Of a stretch of 64,000 nucleotides of DNA, positions 12,623 to 26,681 are shown piece by piece. How positions within the stretch are numbered: position 1 is the stretch's first letter; every line of letters starts with the position of its first letter. The stretch is from Aplysia californica (lineage: Eukaryota): positions 879,204 to 943,203 of the forward strand of contig NW_004797271.1 in assembly GCF_000002075.1 (NCBI RefSeq). The letters are read 5' to 3'. The position numbers were made by a program, and so were the translations under genes. A model generated the notes under the pieces. The model had not been told where the DNA came from. It did no database searches and saw nothing but the letters and a program-made list of their open reading frames with translations.

Positions 12623-13672
12623 CAGTAGTCTCCGCCTAAATGCACGCCATACAAAAGCACGCTCCGCTCAAACGCATACTTTCATCATCTGACGGGTTTT
12701 TTACTATATAATTTAGACGTACAAAAGCACGGCCACTCCCTCTAAACACACGCTCCGATCCGCGAAACACGCTGACAGGTTAAGCTTGAGATGGGGAAAT
12801 TTTCTCTACAACCTGCACAGCTTGCATAGACAAGCCAAGAAAACCGGGTGAGAGTGCCCCTCATGCGGAACAAAGAGAGTGATGGACAACGTTTTCACAC
12901 CCAATTTTCCACAGACACATAGGTCTGGTTCTCGGTCTAGGGCTTGTCGGGGAGGTGGGGGGGAGGGGCGGTTTGGGGACTGAACTGTTTTTTGATAGGT
13001 CACTGGAAATGCATCTTTGAGAGAAGGTCTCTGACTGGTGTTTGGGTGACTGCGTATGGTGTAATGTTTAGTTAGACCAAGGAGTTCGCAACCCGCATGA
13101 ATGCAGAAAACACTAGATAGGCCTCAATAGGGTTTAATATTAGCCAAGTAAGCATAATCAGTTGCGCTCGAAGAACTTATATATTCTTATAACGTACTTG
13201 TTCAACGAATCACAAGAGAAATGTTTCTCTGAATGTAGAGATCTATGATTCTGATGTGGTCCGTGAATTTACGGTCAGGGGGTGGTCGCTTGGAAAGCCA
13301 CGTGGTCGCGCCGTCGTCTCTATGACTAGATCTATGACTATCTCCTAAAGTTTCCTCTTAGCTGTGCCCGACGTTTTATAGTGCATATTCATTACATTCA
13401 TTTACATTGAGGCTGTCTTTCTACACCCCCCCCCCATTCAACGCCTTTGTAGTCATAACCGCAGTCGGGGAATCCTTCACAAAACAGTCACGTGTCGTCA
13501 CATTATCGGAAAAAAATTGACCCTCACCCCAAAGGGAGGTCACTAGAATATCAAGGCAATGAAATGATTGCGTCCCTTCCTCCCTTTGCAAAGGTTCATG
13601 TAAACGCACACTCCGTATAAACACACGCTGAAGAGCCCTCCCGAGCACCATGCGTTTAGGCGGAGACTACTG
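12623..13672. mobile_element. Tc1/mariner-type MITE
   Basis: TA|CAGTAGTCTCCGCCTAAATGCA ... TGCGTTTAGGCGGAGACTACTG|TA. Confidence 0.88.
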
Positions 13673-14621
13673 TACTGAGTGAGGCTTTTAAAGGAGAGAG
13701 ATTCTCCATAATGAGTCCGCCCGAAGCAAAAACTTGATTTTGCTATGGTGGAAGAATTTAGCAGAAAGCAGTGAGCAGAAATCAGATGTAAAACTGCTGT
13801 TCTGAAAAAAGTTTAATAATTCCTTCTGGAGAAAAAACAACAAAATACAGTACAAAACTTTGGGTAAACTCTGTTATGAGGGACGGAATCAGCAAAGACA
13901 AGGAAAAACATCTTTGGAGGTGTTGAGTCCATGATCAACATGTGAACTTCCGTGCCGCAGTGTGTCTCCCGGCAAGAGTTATTTACCTTTTTTCTTGCCT
14001 TTCTGGGGCTGGGAAAAAAAAAGAAGTGAAAAGATTGTGAGTTTATGCAGTCTGATATGGTTCTATGATATTCTATCACTTCTAGAAATGTAATATTTCT
14101 AAATTCAATCATTCATTTCCTTCTCTTCATGCATTTTGCAGACTTTGTCACACTCTGGGACACAACAACAATAGGCCTACCGCTGTTTTTGTGTCAAACT
14201 GCCTCGGCTTATTGTAAACGTTGTACTTGAGTATAAAAGAGAAGCATATCCAACACAAAGATGATTATTTAGTGCAAAGAAATAACAAGTCCAATAGGCA
14301 GAAACTACAGAGAGAGGGTACAGAAGTTAGAAGTAAGATCAACCAATGACACCCTCCAACCAAACGCTTGTCCAGTCTAAGACAAGGGCAACTCTAGTAT
14401 ATGAGTGTGTGCATCGTAGTATACATAGCATTTACTGCAGTGCGAGGCGGGTAAGTGCTTTTTGCACTTTTATGTTTTCCAGTCTCCAATGACTTCAAAG
14501 GTCTAGATCTGAACAGATTCTACGTCTTTCACTGTTCCATTGAGGTCTGGATGATAGATCTATACAGAATCTACATTTTTTTCTCTTTTCATTATTCTAT
14601 GTACATAAATTCTATTTAACA

Positions 14622-14830
14622 GGTGTCTGTGATGTAGTGGCTAGGTACTTCGCTGTCACATGCAGGAGACCAAAGTTCAATTCATGAGTGGGTAGAATTT
14701 TCAATCCAGTATCTGTTTCTCTGCTGGGATGTTTTAACCCTCTCAGCTTGGTTTATCTTATTCAGATAGGGTCAGCAGCCCACCTCAAAAATGATCTAAA
14801 TTGTATTGATAGGAGTTTAAAAACACCATC
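14622..14830 (+). mobile_element. Degenerate tRNA-derived SINE
   Basis: A-box-like TGATGTAGTGG, tRNA-like CTGTCAC..GGAGACC and B-box-like GTTCAATTC. The 3' tail GATCTAAATTGTRTTGAT is shared with fragments near 6220, 6650 and 12586. Confidence 0.55.
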
Positions 14831-16615
14831 ATTTAATTTATAGATAAAAATATATACATATTTCACCATCGTATACATGTAAAGTTCTAGATCTTTTCAT
14901 AGAATCTATACATTTGAAATGCTTAAGTGCAATTGATGACAAGAAAACTATGACCATTCACTGATTCAAATTCACATCATTGCAATGAAATTCATAATCA
15001 CAGCACACAGCTCTAAACAACCAGAAGAGCTGTTTCAAGCAATATTTTCATAATATAGTGTACCATTTCAATGTATAAATATGTACCAGTACAATATTTT
15101 CTGAAATATCAGAACAAAAAATATGTATAAATATAAATTTGATGGTACCTTCAGAGAATACCATATCAATACAGGCATGTAAAAGCTTTTGAAATCAAAA
15201 TAGGCAATTTTCAGAACCCATCAAAATATATAACTTTCAGAATACCATTTAAATCAAAACATGTTTTCTGCTACTTTCAGAATGCCATATCAAAACATAA
15301 AATGCTTTAAAAACCCCTACTAAATCCAAAGAAATGGGCTTATATGTTACTTTCAGAATACCAATGTGTGCACATATATGTAGGCTACATTGATACTATT
15401 TTCAGAATATCATATTAAAGGCTATGCTACTTAAAAGTTTACAATAAAGCATCTTATATATAGCCAATATCATTGTAAATTTTATCATGGTAAATACTGT
15501 TCCGTAATTGAATGTTTTGAGCACAACCACTTGACAAAATGCATGCACACTTTGAACCTACAGGCTGTCTAAAGACGCAAAGATAGATTCTATTTCTTGC
15601 GTATCTGTTTGATCTGTCTGTCTTTTTCCTGGCACTGATTACTATGACTATGAGTTCATGGCTATTAACAATTAAGGCGTCCTTAGGCTAACTCACTCAA
15701 AAACAATTTCTTTCCTTTGAAGTGAGAAAGAATGGACACAGGCTACAGAGATTATCCTATCGTGCATATTTTACAGGGAAACGCCCAATATCTAACAGTA
15801 ACTTGCATTTAGAGCACAGGACTAGAATGAGATTAGATTAGACATGGAGATAATTTCAGGTACTTTAAATAAAATATGTTCTAAGGAGACCCATAAATCA
15901 GTTCGTGTAATTATATCCATACACAGTAACGTATAGTATATATACATGTGAATATTATTGATAATACAATACAACCCCCCCCCCCCCCAGGATTCTATTC
16001 TAAGGACCCTTTTAAAGTGAATCTTTTCTGATTTCAATGATAGTTTTGACGACGTTGTGATCGCCACATAATGAACTCTGTAATTGTGCTGCTATAAATA
16101 GAATGATGTAACTTAGCATGTAACATTTACTCACAGAGGCCATATTTTATACATCAGTATATAAAGTTGGCTGCACCAAAACAGTAACACAAACAAACCA
16201 CCAAAAAAAGCACGGTACATTTTACCAACAAACACAGCATTCAATAATATGGTGCTCTAGACTTCAGCATCATTTACCACTTTAAAAAAAAACAATATTA
16301 AATCACAATGTCCACTTCCACTGCACAAATTATTACCCACAACATAACCTCTTGGTTCACAGCATTTTATTACAGAAAGCCTGTCAGTTTTGGTCAGTAT
16401 TAAAGTGCAGTAGAGATTTCTCTCTGTGTTTTAGCAAAAGTCTGATAGTTATCAAACCCTAACCCTTTACAATCTTTGACACTGAATAAAAAATGTAATT
16501 TTTCTTTCCAGTGGGTAATCCAGTGCTACTGAGAGTTTGTAAATGGTTTGCATTTCCATCGACACATTTTAATTTGAGATCATTTAAATAGAAGTCAGGC
16601 TTCTTCGACCCTGCC

Positions 16616-17437
16616 TGTCAGGGGCAAACGTGGGCTGAGTGGGAGGGGGTTACAGCATCTCTGAAGACAGATGGCGATACTCCATGAAAAGAACTTCCCC
16701 CACACGTGAATTCAACTCATGTCTTCCGCCTGGAATTAGTGAAATGGAAAATGGCAAAGAGCCTAAAAATTACCAGCACAAGGCTGGTGTACTGAGAGAA
16801 GAGCCTTATAACAGTTATCAGCACAGGGGCGGTGTTTTCGTGAAGAAGTGTTTAAGGAACGGGGTACCGACTGTAAACTCTCTGGTATCACTATAACAAG
16901 TCGCTGCCTCAGAACTATTTAGTCCAAAGTGCCTCTGTACTTATGTACACTTTGGACAAGACAGTTCTAAGGCGACGAAGTGTTAATAATAATACAGAAT
17001 GGCATAGGGCCTGTACACTCTGTGGTACCACAACAACTACAAGTGTTCACAATACAGGACCGTGTATTGCCAGTAAGTTCTCCAGTAACAGCTTATTGCT
17101 ACACCAAACTTGGGAGCGGGTGGTTGGAAGGCACCACTGGTAGGTCCTACTCCTTTCCTTTCACTCTGTTGTTTCTGTCTATCCGTCTTACTTTTCCGAA
17201 CATACTAAATGACTGTTATTTTGTCAATGTCAGTGTGCTTTCCTTTACTCCGACCAATTTTTGGTTAGGAAACAAACGCTCAAGAGCCCCAGCTATAGAA
17301 GCTTTTGGTGAGTTGAGTACACAATATCATTCAATATGTTATTACATAGCTCTACGTTTTATTTACATTGAACTGTGGACCAGCACTCTTCTTGCCAGAT
17401 TTGGATCGGGTTTTAGACCTCGGCCTGGCCTGTAACA
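16616..17437. mobile_element. Possible solo LTR
   Basis: Compositionally distinct ~820 bp block bounded by TGTCA...TGTAACA; no clear TSD. Confidence 0.3.
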
Positions 17438-20017
17438 TGAAAACATTTCATCAGGAAACTTACAATTTACTTCCAGCATACAGTGATTCCTGATTTTTTT
17501 TTTTCATGCCTACTTGATCACGTTCCCCAGACTTTCAAGCAAAAAAACCCTCAACAAAAAATCCCAACCCAACAAGAATGAGTTTGACTAGAGAATTTAG
17601 AGCAGAAGCCTATTTGGAAATGCCACACTGACCACATGTGTTCATTTCTTCACTCACACAACTTCAAACGTTCTGATCAGACCACAATATGGTGCATCAA
17701 GCCTTTCCATGTGTCATTTGCACAGAAATTTACAGCTTTTCTCTGAATGTAAGATTTGGCATCACTATGAGACTGATTTATTTCTACATTAGCAAATATA
17801 TATGAAAACAAGGGATCTGAGGTCTGATTAGGGACTTATGGACCCTTAGAACTAAAACAAAAAACACCCCCCCTAAAAAAAAAAGAAATTAAAAAAAAAA
17901 GTACATGATGAAATTGTATAGTTTCAGCACAGTAAGTTGTATGGTTATTTAAGAGGCGGGACATTTGAATTAAACAACTCTCTAAAATTTCAGAATGCCT
18001 TGTTAGGGATTTGAACCAGAGCCATCTGCTCTGTAATCCAGCATGATACCAATTTAGCTGACGGAGCATCCAAACTTAAACAATAACTTATGAATAAGAC
18101 AAACATACACAAACACCCAATACAACAACTTGTTGAATATTCAAGAAAGAAACCCCTACCCCTCCCCTTTCCTCAGTTCTTCCACTGACAACTGTATGCT
18201 TCAGTATTGTGATCAGGGAAGAAAATCTATTACCAATTGCTGAGAAACTTTTGACATCTTTGAACGCGTGTTCAGGACACGAAAAATGGGAGCAATAAAT
18301 GGTTCAGGCACACTCAAATAAGTCAGTCATCAAACATCAACTAGAAATAAATGTTGTCATTATTGCCAACTGTTCAAGTCTGAATTTCCTTGAGCTTACC
18401 AAAGTTTGTTATAGAAAAACATTGATTCCCCCCCCCCCTTTAATTGTCTTAAAATTTAAAAAGTAATCATCCTCTTTATCCTCTTTCCAAATACAGACGC
18501 TATGAAAATATGACACAAAAAAAGAAATAAAAATGTCCAGAAATTGAAGAGGTATCAAGAATTTTTCCTTCAGCTGCAACACAGCACACACACTCTCACA
18601 TCCATCCACCCACACACGCACCGATCCACTCACCCACACACACACACACGTCCACACACACACAAACACAGACAAATTATATAAGTGTAGTTTTCAACAA
18701 GTTTACTGCTGCTCCAATTCTGTTTCTCCTTAACTAATAAAATACATCAGCAAGAAATACATTGTACTACAATTTGTAGTAGATTTAAACAAAATTTGTT
18801 AATTTAATCAAAAGACATGAAGAATTTTATTCTAGCTACCACATCACTTTATGCAGCCATTAAAATCTTTTGCTTTTCTGTAAGACATTTCAACAAGATA
18901 AGTGAATGACCTTGACCCTTTTCTATTAACATTTCTGTGTGTTTTCACGCAGGAGGGTTAAGCTCTGCAAGCAAAGGGTTAATGAATCACAGTTAGCAAA
19001 CTTTCCACTTACAGCTGAACCTTTCTCAGGGGCTTGAAAGAAAAAAAACACACAACAAAAAACAACTCTGATTATCTCAAATAGCAACACAGAAACACAG
19101 TTGGCTGCTCATTCCAAATAATTGGGTGCTCACAACAAAAACATTGTAGGGTCAAGTATGCCTGAATTCGAGTACACGTACAAAACATACAGTACACTTT
19201 TGCATTATTTGGTTGAAAGTATTTTTGTGTAAGAAACCCAAAACACTACTGTAGCAGTATGGTGAGGTAACAAGTGAAACAACTTTCAACTCAGTGTATG
19301 TGAGTGAGCCTGCATGAGATCGGGGATCTCCAACCAATGTAGCATTTCTCGTCTCCCTATGACAGGACTGAGCCTGGAGCGTTAGTTTTAGTTTTAATTT
19401 AGTAGAGGCTTTACGGTGCTCGCAACTGCATAAGGTCATATGAGCATTAGAAGATTAGAGGTGTTACAAGAGAGTTACAAACATAAAACAGAAAAAGGGG
19501 AGATAAGGACGATAGATGTTTGATAGGAAAGAAGAAGCAAACCACATCAGAGCCCCCGCCAACCACCCACCGCCTCGAGTGTTGAGAGCAAGGTAAACTC
19601 TTTAAAAAAAAACAACCCCAAACCCCCAGAAGTACAAGATTGTCCTAGCAAGGGTAGACAATGAAAAAAAAAGTAAATACAAAATACAGCCCCTTATTTA
19701 TACCTGGTGATTGGAACACGCGCATTGCTCGGTTTGTAGGTACCATAGATTTGTATAGAAAGTAATAATATCCTAGACCAAGCACTCGGATGTATTTCCG
19801 GTTTATTATCAAGTGCCCCATCTGACTCAATTTGGGGCTAAACAAAAGGCAAAGGGGGAATGCGACATGCATACTTGGCTATAATAATAGAATGAGACTG
19901 GTGTTCTGACCTTTGGGTGTAATGGTGAAGCCTATGGTGTGAGCATTTTGCAGCAAAGTTTTTGTAGAGAGGACAGAGCGGAGGCCATGACAGCGCACAA
20001 TTTAGGAGTAGTCTACA

Positions 20018-20188
20018 GTTAGTTTTTGTAGAGATTTACGGCACTTGAAACGCAATAGGTCATATAAGTGCTGAAGATTAAAGCTGTTACAAGAGAGTAA
20101 CAAACACAAAATAGGAGGGGAGATAAGGACGATTGATGTTTGATAGGAAAGAAGGAGCAACCTACCAGAGCACCCTCCAACCACCCAC
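20018..20188 (-). mobile_element. SINE-like family A copy with 13-bp TSD
   Basis: GGAGTAGTCTACA at 20005-20017 and 20189-20201; the body is the reverse complement of the 2450-2630 family. Confidence 0.8.
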
Positions 20189-22247
20189 GGAGTAGTCTAC
20201 AAATCTGTGGTGAGTACAATTTCCCAAGAGAGTAGCCTAAAGGAATGTACGTCTATTGATTGAATGAGTATTTACTATAAGTATAAGGCTTTTTATTTTG
20301 TGTTTGTCCTTAACCAGTTTAATCGAAAAGTGACTAGGGCATAAATCATAAAAAGAAAGGGGCAAGTCTAGTAGAGATCACCATTCGGAACTTACTTGAC
20401 CTACTACACAAACCTGGGGTCTCCACTCTCTGTGGCACCAACATTTATAAAAGTATCCATGATGACAAGCGGTAAAATGATTTTAACTTTTTTCAAGAAG
20501 GGAGACCTCAACTAGACCTATACTGAAAAAGGAACTGTGTAAATCCTGATACATTAAGGTACATACTACAAGTACTATGTAATGTACATAATTTGACATA
20601 GGGCACCAATGAATGTAACAAAAACACAAAACAAAACAAGAACAAATAAATAAATAAATAATGACAAGAAAAGAGATAGGACAATAACAAATAAAAACAG
20701 ACTCTACCTTTGCCATTTAACAAACATACAAAAACATAAACTTACAAAAAACACAAACATACCTATACACTCATATACTAAATGACAGACACACCAAAAC
20801 TTTTTTTCAATCCAAAGGAGGAAGAACAAGAGATCAAAGCAAAAATAACAGCAATTTGTTGGGGGGGGGGGGGGGGGGGGGGATATGAAAATATAGCAAA
20901 CCTTGAAGTTACTTGAATGCACAATCTTTTTTCAAAGTCTGCATTGATATCAAACTACAGTAGTCAAGATAGTCCCAGATGACCATTATTTGTAGAGGAG
21001 AAAAGTGGTTGCCTTAGAGAGATGAGTGGATGTCTTGGACAATGTCATTATAATGAAAAAAAATGGGCCAGGCAAGAAAGTGGGAAGTGATCATGTCACA
21101 AATGATTGTCTTGGCGAGGTGACCTTTAGAGCAGGTTTGACTGCATAATATATTAACAGAATTGTCCAACTTTTGATTCTTGTAACATTAGAAAGATGCT
21201 ACCATGCCGATGATTTTGAGGACTGATACTTTAACAAATCCTGGTCAGAAATATCAACATGACAAGAATTTTGACTGGGGACTTTTTTTTCACCTTGCCT
21301 GGTGGAAGATGCGATTATATTGAGAACACATTCTACTGCTCTACAAGACTACAGAATGAACCAAAAGTGCACAAATACCCATATAGGCCCACAGACTATC
21401 AGAAGGGAGTGGGAAAGTTAACACATTACAGTAGCAACAAGAGAAAGGAATTTTTACAACCAAGTAGAAGATGTCTTCCCGTGTATACCATAGGTACTGT
21501 AACCACTGACTTGAAAATGTCTTCACACCCACAACCTTCATTTATCTAAACACAGAAACTGAAATGTCAAACCAGTAAATCCCTTCTTTCCTTCGCCCCC
21601 ATGTTGACAGCACCATACAGAACAAAGACAAAGACTTAATCATGACGACAAGATCTAATTTTTTCCCCAGACGCAAACTCTGCTCACTCATGACAGATCG
21701 TCAATGGAGTTCAAAGGTTCCTTGAGTGACAAAGAACAACAATCATTTGAGCGATGGGTTTACAAGCAATAGATTGTACCTATTCATTTTTTCAAATAAC
21801 CAAAAGATAAACACTCTGCTAATATTGCACTGGAATAAGTCTAAAGGTTTACGGAAAAGAAAACTCAATCAATAATCAAAAGAAACCAGCAGCTTAACAG
21901 AGAAGAACAAAATCAAAATGTCAGCAGCAAATAAAACAAAATGCAGCAGACAGGGTAAATCAGAACTAGAATTTGTACACATCACAGAATCAACTAAATG
22001 ACACTGGATCATCACACCCACAGATAAACATGAAATCTACACCAAAACAATTTGAAACAAATCAACGTCAAACCACTAACAAAGTTTCCACTCACATCCA
22101 CTTACTTATCTTCCTTTCTTCAGACTCGACCGCGAGCTGTCTAAAATGGTGCAAAAGCACAAAAACCATTCTTAGATTGCAACTAACAGACAACTATGGG
22201 AAGGAATGTGAGATTCCCTTTCCAGTCCTCATGACCTGTTAGCTCAA

Positions 22248-22845
22248 ACATGAAGTTTTCTTGTACATGACATTCTCTTGCACATGAGACTATGCATGAG
22301 GTTGCTTTGTACATGAGATTGCCTTTTACATGAGATTTCATGAGATCCCCTTGTTGTACATGAGATTGCTTGGTAAATGAGATTGCCTTTTACATGAGAT
22401 TTCATGAGATCCCCTTGTTGTACATGAGATTTCATGAGATCTCCTTGTTGTACATGAGATTTCATGAGATCCCCTTGTAGTACGTGAGATTGTCTTGTAT
22501 GTGAGATTCTCTTGTTTCACCTGATATTATACATGAGATTGCTTTGTACACGAGATTGCCTTTTACATGAGATTTTATGAGATCCCTTTGTTGTACATGA
22601 GACTGCTTTGTATGTGAGATTCCCTCGTTGTACACAATTAAGATTTCATGAGATTCCCTAGTTGCACACGAGATTCCCTTGTTGCACATGAGATTTATGA
22701 GATTCCCTCGTTGCACACGAGATTTCATGAGATTCCCTTGTTGCACATGAGATTCTCTTGTATCTGAGAATGTGAGGCTCCCTTATATGGGAGATTCACT
22801 TGTACATGATATCAGTATATAACACTCTTCTATACACGAGATTGC
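22248..22845. repeat. Minisatellite built on CATGAGAT(T) units (~20/30-bp higher-order)
   Basis: Dozens of TACATGAGATT / CATGAGATTCCCTTGTTG variants. Confidence 0.9.
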
Positions 22846-24887
22846 TAAGTAAACAACTCATCAGACTTACGGAGTGTGCACTTCAGTCAACATTTTATCA
22901 GACTTACTGAGCGTGTACTTCGGTAAACATCTTATCAGACTTACGGAGTGTGTAAGAAAAAAGATTCTGAGCTTTTTAGAGCCCATTCAAACACAGCGCT
23001 GGGACTCAAAATTTACAGATCAAGCGTGTGTGCCTAAAGAAAGGCACCAAAAGTCAGACTTGGATCAAAAATTTCAAATTTGTGGTTGGTTTGATTGAAA
23101 ATTTAATGTTGAACACAGAGAATTTTATAATTTTTCAAATACCAAGTAGTTTTGAGTTACCACACGTTTTGTAAAGTGTTACGTTTTATGAACACAGTAC
23201 ACCCTGAAGACATCAAAACGGCAGATAGAGTAGGGATGCGTAGAAGCGCTATTCATTTGCAGACATAAACATTTATGCGCGCTGCTATTTATAGTGTAGG
23301 GGAAGTCCCAGTGAGTGAGCATTTTGGTATACATTTTTTTAATATACATATTACAACATGATGAGGTTCAAGTATACTTGAAGTGCAAGGCTGGGCAAGC
23401 GGAGAAAGACCCCAAGCATCGATTTAAGTCAATTGTAAAAAGCCATTTTCAATTATCTAAGAAATACCTTACCATCAAAATAATTCCTGATAAAATACTT
23501 AAAAGTCAAATAAAATAACATCCTCTTCAATTATGGTTAAAAAATGGTGATCTGGTTTTTAAAAAAAAATGGAAACACGTTTTAATTTTTAAAAATTAAT
23601 TTTTTTACTTATCCAGCCTGTAGCTTGAAACGATATGGGACGACTTTTTGTCCCTTTCTCTGGGCACACACGCGTATTTTGTAATACATCTTGTATTCAC
23701 ACTTTTTAAACTCATTTGCTACGTATTATTTTCGGCTTGTGGACGAATTTTTTTCGGGAGGGCAAATGAGATGATGACTAGTGGGCAGTTAAAAGGTCTT
23801 TGGGGCCACAAATTCAAATAAATATCAATGTATTATATACCAATATTTTCAGTTTGGTTTATAGAATACATCTGTAATGTTTATTTATGTATTTTTCAAC
23901 TTTGGTTCCTCTAAGATTATGCAACACAATTTTGATTGGATGCGGATAAAATTTGAAAATAAAAAATTAATAATCTTTGGTGAAACTCAAAAAATACGTT
24001 TGCAACTAGATCTAGCCAAATGAAACATCAAAATAACCATAAAAGAATATAGGACTGGAAAATATTGAAAAGTTTGCAGTTATTTACGTACATTCCATAA
24101 TATTTGTACATTTAGATCATAACATCTGATATTGAAAAAAAAAAAAAAGTATAATCTTGAAAAACGATCACAATCAGAAAAAACCCACTCGTATCTTATA
24201 TGGAGTTATTCAGAATTGCATTTGGAATAAATCTATACATGTCTTGAGTGGCACTTTTTGTGTAATTTCATCAAAAAGTAGTGATTTTGGGGAGAAAAAA
24301 ATATTTTGACAATTTAGATCTAGACCTAGATCTAGCACTCAAAAATATTGATTTCTCAATAACAGTGCGTTGGCAATATGAGTCCAATTGTATCAATATT
24401 ATAAAAAAGAGTCCTACATTTCTTTAGTGGGCAAAATAATGATAGATTTTGTTGCGTAAAATTACTATGACTGGTGTCCGGGCTATAATTTTGGCATTGC
24501 GATAAAACAAAGTCGAATAAACTACGAAATTGCATTTCAAAACTGAATCTAAATTTCCGATTTTCAGTGGAAATGCTTGACCCGGAAGTCAACATTATAT
24601 TTTGACCTTTATTTTAACATGGATATGTGGATTGGAATAGAATCTAAGCTAAAATTGAAGATCGGTTCTCGAGCCGCCGGGGACGGCTTAGCGTACTGAC
24701 GGCATTTTAGGCGCGTGGCCCCCAATGTAGCGAATGAGTTAAAATCCAGCCAAAAATCTGCACAGTTCCAGAAATGCAGATTTGGGGGGAAAATTAACAC
24801 CACATGACTTATGGGGTGTGCTCTCTGCGGTAAACCGCTCATCTGACTTAAATATTGTTCACTATACTAACATCTCATCAGACTTAC

Positions 24888-26142
24888 GGGGTTCGCTCAA
24901 TTTCTGTACGACGGGCGTACAGATCTCCAGCAGAGCCACGCGATGAGACAGGAAGTCCTGGGTGGTGGGCTCTGGGCTGTTGTCTAACCACTCCTGCTTC
25001 TCTTTGCAGGTGTTTAAGGCAATGTTCTGTAAGAAATAAAGATACATAAAGGAGGTATAAAACTATATACTCTATCAGAGATAAGGAGATGTATCGGAGC
25101 AAGTTCTGTAAGAGATAAAAATATACTATAAACGAGGTATAAAACTATACATTCCGTCAGAGATAAGGGAATGTATCGGAGCACGTAACATCCATTCTAA
25201 AAAAAACCCCAAAACAACAAAACCACTGGCTCTCAGTAAAACAGAGGATCGAATAGAAAGCTGCTTTTTGCTGTTATAATTATCATAAATGTCTCAAAGA
25301 TACTGCACCAACATTTAAAAAAAACTGAAGTTATATCATCTCTGCAAAGTTCTTACATCAGCTAAAAAACAAATCAATCCTTAGAACCCCAAAAACTATA
25401 AATTATAATTGGATGTACGGTGAGTGTTACTTGGCTTACTTTGGTCACCATGTACGGAACAATCTTCCGTATAAAATACGAAGTGCACCCCAGTATCTGG
25501 AACAATCTTCCGTATAAAATACGAAGTGCCCCCCAGTATATGGAACAATCTTCCATATAAAATACGAAGTACCCCCCAGTATTCACATTTTCAAGAAACA
25601 GCTGAAGCATTTCTTATTCATACATAACTGTCATACTGGTTATGGTGTTGACTTTTTCTGGTATGTGGATGCTTTACAGTGAGACTGAAGAAATCATGAG
25701 TGTTGTATTAGAGAGAGGGGAGGGGAGAAGNNNNNNNNNNNNNNNNNNNNNNNNNNNNNNNNNNNNNNNNNNNNNNNNNNNNNNNNNNNNNNNNNNNNNN
25801 NNNNNNNNNNNNNNNNNNNNNNNNNNNNNNNNNNNNNNNNNNNNNNNNNNNNNNNNNNNNNNNNNNNNNNNNNNNNNNNNNNNNNNNNNNNNNNNNNNNN
25901 NNNNNNNNNNNNNNGAGAGGGAGGGGGGAGGGGGGCAGAGGGAGAGTGAGTCTGGGAACTTACTCTTTCTTCTTTTGTGATTCTCCCAGCCACTGCCTTG
26001 TCGGCATCTGTGATGGATTCCTGAGTGGTGCGGATACACTCCTGGAGCATAGCTTTGGCCTCTGTGAGGGGGGCAGAGAGGAGGTTAGGGTTAAATAGGC
26101 ACACACACTCAGAGAGAGAGGTTAAAAAGAGAGACACAGGTG

Positions 26143-26217
<75 letters not shown>

Positions 26218-26618
26218 TAGAGAGAGAGACATGTGTTAAAAAGAGAGGAATAGGTGATTGAGAGAGGGGGNNNNNNNNNNNNNNNNNNNNNNNNNNNNNN
26301 NNNNNNNNNNNNNNNNNNNNNNNNNNNNNNNNNNNNNNNNNNNNNNNNNNNNNNNNNNNNNNNNNNNNNNNNNNNNNNNNNNNNNNNNNNNNNNNNNNNN
26401 NNNATTTTGAATAGAAATGAGATATTTGCAACTGAAGGCAGTGAGGTTGCCTTGTGTCAGAAGTAAAATTATGCATATATATATATTTTTGTTTTTCTAT
26501 TTTTTTAAAAAACATTATTTATTGATATTATTTTATTTATTTAGTAGTAGTAGTAGTATAAGGTTTTACGGCGCTCGCAACTGCTAAGGTCATATGAGCG
26601 CGCTTATTTATTTATATC

Positions 26619-26681
<63 letters not shown>

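Noticed and set aside
22248-22845. CRISPR-like array (also 59420-59790 and 61985-62255)
   Set aside because: Eukaryotic context; the units are contiguous degenerate tandem repeats without unique spacers, and there are no cas genes.
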